A stretch of 37,862 bases of DNA, taken from the NCBI GenBank assembly GCA_003990765.1, contig RBNJ01000176.1, positions 1 through 37,862 on the forward strand, in the 5' to 3' direction. The position numbers and the translations under genes were made by a program. The DNA is from Jimgerdemannia flammicorona (taxonomy: Eukaryota). Shown in pieces: positions 34,144-37,862 of this stretch. The notes beneath the pieces are model-generated. The model ran no database searches. It was not told the origin of the DNA and saw nothing but the letters and a program-made list of their open reading frames with translations. Numbering within the stretch: position 1 is the first letter of the stretch; the number at the start of each line of letters is the position of its first letter.

Positions 34144-37027
34144 GATAGGAAGGAAGTACACCTCCTTTAAGTCAACCACCTCAAGAGGAATGTTCCCCAG
34201 CAAGTGTACTGGCAACCAGTCAGACTGCACAAGAATCTTATCCTAGAGCCCAGAGAACAAACAACCTTCGAAATATTTGCACCACCCAACCTCAGAAATC
34301 TTTTCTTTGAACCCAAGGAAGATATTCCCCATCTGGACATAGAGGGATACACATTCTCTGACAAGATGAATCCAGTATACTCCTGAGCAACCAATCAAAG
34401 TTGGAAAACCATCATCTTGCTGAAAGGAACTATCATAGGACATCTGGTGCCTTTTCTCAACCAAACTCATAGAGAAGTTTATGAACTAAACCTATTGGGA
34501 AATAGCAAAAGGTCCTAGAAGAAAGGAAAGGCCTCTCTGCAACTCAGGAGACAGTGAAGCCTTTCACTAACATTGGAGAAGAATTGACACCTCAACAACA
34601 GTAACAACTAGTAGAACTTTTCAACAAATATCAAGATATTTTTACTACTGATTATGATAACCTGCTATACAATCCATCATATTACCACAACATAAATACA
34701 GAAAATGTAACACCCATCTGGCAGAAACTCCTATAGAATACCCCATTACTTGAAAACATTAAAAAGGAGCACATTTAAGAACTCTTAGACAATGGGGTTA
34801 TCTGACCCTCTACCAGCCCCTGGGCTAGCCCTATACTTATTGTACTAAAGAAAGGAGGATGGAGACTTTGTGTGGATTACAAGAAACTCAATTCAGTCAC
34901 CAAAAAGGATGTCTATCCTCTGCCCAGAATCAATGACCTTTTGGATCAGTTACAAGATACCAGATACTTCAGCAGTATGGACCTCTTTGCAGGATTTCAT
35001 GAAATCTCCATAGACTCCAAGGACATTCAAAAGACAGCCTTCCTTGCTCTAGAAAAACTGTTTGTGTACCTCTGAATGTCCTTTGGACTTTGCAATACAC
35101 TCTCCACCTTCTAGAGGATGATGAATTCAGTCTACACCCCCTTGATCCACCACTGCCTAATTGTATATATGGATGATTCCAACATCTATTCAGCAAATTT
35201 CAAAGAACACCTGCACCACCTAGAGGAATTCTTCAAGCTCACCTACAAGAACTACTTAAGATTGAATACAAAGAAATGCTACTTTGGAAAACAGAAATTT
35301 GAATTTCTTGGATTCATAGTTTCAAAAGAAAGAACCCATACAGACCCAAAGAAAACTGAGAAGATCAACAATTGGCCAATATCCAAAACCTTGAAGGAAA
35401 CACTATCATTCCTGATGCTAGTATCCTACTATAGAAGGTTTATCAAGGACTTTGCCCAAATCACTACCCCAATCTGAATCCTTTTCAAAAAAGAAGTGCT
35501 ATTCAAATAGACAGAATCACAAGAAAAAGCCTTCAAAGAACTCAAAAACTGTATGACTACAGCACCAATCCTTGTGTGCCCCAATCTACAGAAGCCATTC
35601 ATCTTATATATAGATGCCTCTAAAGATGGCCTTAGAGTAGTTCTAGCCCAAGAAGGACCTGATCAACAGCACTATATGTTAGCTTATACAAGTAGAGCTA
35701 CCAATCAGCAGCAGATGAACTATGGTAGCACCAAACTGGAATATCTTGTAGTCATATGGGCAGTTACCCTGTTCAAGCATTACCTTATCAGAAAAAGGTT
35801 CACTCTGATCACAGACTATACAGCTCTCAAATAGCTATTCAACCATAAGAAATCCACCAGAATCCTAGTCTGCTGGATCCTTATCCTTCAGGATTACAAA
35901 ATCACCATCATCCACAAAGCAGAAAAGCTCACAACAATGTTGATGTACTTTCCTGCCAGCCCCAATGAATCAGAAGAAGAGTGTCTCAAGGAACTACACT
36001 CTAAAGGAAGCTCTCCAGACCATCAAGGCACAAGAAGATCTCATCCAAAAAGAACATCAGAAAGTCCACCAAGGATAGGCAAATATAGAAGAGAAGCTGT
36101 GAATAATACACCAACACTGGCCCAACCTTAGAGCACAAGTCTGAGATATAGTTAAGAATGTGACACCTATCAGAAGTACTAAGGAAGGAAGAACTATCAA
36201 GCACCACTGCAACCAATTGTACCACCAGACAACATCTTTCAGAGATGGGAAATAGATGTAATTAGATCTCTACCAGTTACACTAAGAAGAAACAAATATA
36301 TCCTTGTACTTATAGAACATCTAACCAAGTGGCCCAAGGCTTTCTCAATGGAAATTTCAGTTATCTTAACCATTGTAGGTCTTCTCTATAGACTCACACT
36401 CAGATATGGACCCTCAGAAGAACTTATCTCTAACCAAGATATAGAATTCATCAATAACATAATCACAAACTATGCCCAAATTCACAAGATCCACCTTAAG
36501 CAGACTATATCATACTACCTGCAGACCAATGGCATGACAGAGAGAATGAACCAGACCATTAAGAAAGGACTTGCCTGAGTCAATCCTACCAGTTGAGACC
36601 TCTGCTTACCTGAGATCCTATGGGAAATTTGGAACACCCCTGCTACTTCTACTAAACAAAAGCCATTCAAAATGATGTTTGCTAAGAAAACCAGAATCGC
36701 TAACTATGAGAATCTTGGAGACCTCTTCAAGAAGGCAGAACAGTTATATAATCAAGCCTGAGGTCAGATTATCAAACCCCAAGAAAGACAGAAGAAGTAC
36801 TATAACCAAAAACAGAAGAATCAGGAGATCAAGATTGGAGATCAAGTACTAGTTTGGAGAAGCATGATTGAAATAAATTTTGCTACCAAACTGAAACTCA
36901 AATGGGAAGGACCTTATCTTGTATACAACATTAGAGGAACCAGTATCTATTTAAGAAGTATGGATAGATGAACCCTGAGAACACCAGTATACATCAATTG
37001 TCTCAAACTATATCTCCCCTCTATACT

Positions 37028-37522
37028 ATGAGCCAAAGGATTGATCAGTGACTCCAGACATTAGTCCTCAGCTCCTTCCAGGCCCTACCAGTTCCCTTAC
37101 CCCAGTTCTGTCAACTTAAAGGAACTCCAATACAATTAATCCAGAAGCATCAAGAGAACCTTGCCATTGTCCAAAGATTGTTATAGATCCACCATCTATA
37201 GGCCTTTGACAATATTGAATAATTACTTCAAGAACAGTCATACATTAGAGGACTAGCTGGCATAACCTGCTGAGAAGAAAAAACTGCCAAATGAATCTAC
37301 ACCTTGTATAAATGAAATTTTGGAGCCCTGGTGCAGTCTCACTTCTACCTCAATGATATTCATCAGATGAATGAGACCACCTTTCAGAGTATTCTTCAAC
37401 AGGTAGATATTCTGTTCTCTGAAGGACAAGAAGAAGATCTAGAGCTAGAATGTAGTGACTCTGGTACAGACAATGAAGATGATAGAATGGGTATAGATGT
37501 AGAAGCAGCTTATGCTTATTAG
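37028..37522 (+). pseudogene. Decayed accessory ORF (165 codons) downstream of integrase, homologous to ORF 44-505
   Basis: A single frame from the ATG at 37028. Seven internal stops, each one C-to-T step from CGA, CAG or CAA. No frameshift. Confidence 0.75.
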
Positions 37523-37528
37523 GATGAT

Positions 37529-37862
37529 TAGTGCTCCGAACGAGTCAATCCGGATGGGATTCGGATGGATTCGAATTGGATTCGAATCAGATTCGAATTG
37601 GATTCGAATCCCATCCGGATGGATTCGAATCGGATTCGAATCGGATTCGAATCGGATTCGAATCAACCATTGTTTTGATTTCCAAATTAGACAATTAAAT
37701 GTTTACATCAATAACTTGATGAATAATCATCCAATTTTGATGATCTTGGTGTCATTTGAAAGTCCTTAATAAGGCCTTTCTAATGATACCAAGAACATTA
37801 AAATCGGATTACGTCTTGCCGAGATATTAAGGAAAACGTTCCATTTGACGAAATTTCCAAAA
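37529..37862. mobile_element. Terminus of a young hAT-like DNA transposon with GATTCGAATC subterminal repeats; runs off the window
   Basis: Starts TAGTGCTCCGAACGAGTC, similar to the TIR of the MITE at 29008. Dense palindromic GATTCGAATC repeats at about 37558-37664, CpG intact. Confidence 0.75.

Larger units (their letters stand above)
28679..37528 (+). mobile_element. Element B: decayed Ty3/Gypsy of the same family as A, including the 3' accessory ORF; 3' LTR not in the window
   Basis: Colinear with A. LIDTGA near 32131, dUTPase 33751-34143, YMDD, YIDAS, integrase core and WEGPY. Confidence 0.92.

Noticed and set aside
37445..37769. Repetitive ORFs (IRIRFESDSN..., WIRIGFESDSN...)
   Set aside because: Artefacts of palindromic GATTCGAATC subterminal repeats.

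Overview
Eukaryotic, almost certainly fungal, genomic DNA (possibly Mucoromycota; low-confidence inference). One host gene is present: a 7-exon, minus-strand PRMT3/Rmt3 protein arginine methyltransferase (2523-5272, about 635 aa). It forms a CpG-rich island between two AT-rich eroded tracts. Most of the rest is a nested stack of transposons heavily mutated by C-to-T transitions. (i) The 3' end of a young Ty3/Gypsy element: integrase tail, an intact extra 153-aa ORF, PPT and LTR (1-1020). (ii) A minus-strand, internally deleted chromovirus-like element C (gag-dUTPase-PR-chromodomain) carrying a solo LTR of its own family, a truncated L1/Tx1-like LINE and a Tc1 element. (iii) Two related plus-strand Ty3/Gypsy elements, A (16138-24203) and B (28679-37528), with a tRNA-Pro-like PBS, a Cys/His-rich insert and a dUTPase between PR and RT. 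(iv) An intron-containing hAT transposase relic, a hAT MITE and a young hAT terminus. The most notable observation is a conserved accessory ORF of about 150-165 aa whose ATG overlaps the last integrase codons in two divergent Gypsy families. All translations and alignments were done by eye; no database searches were run.
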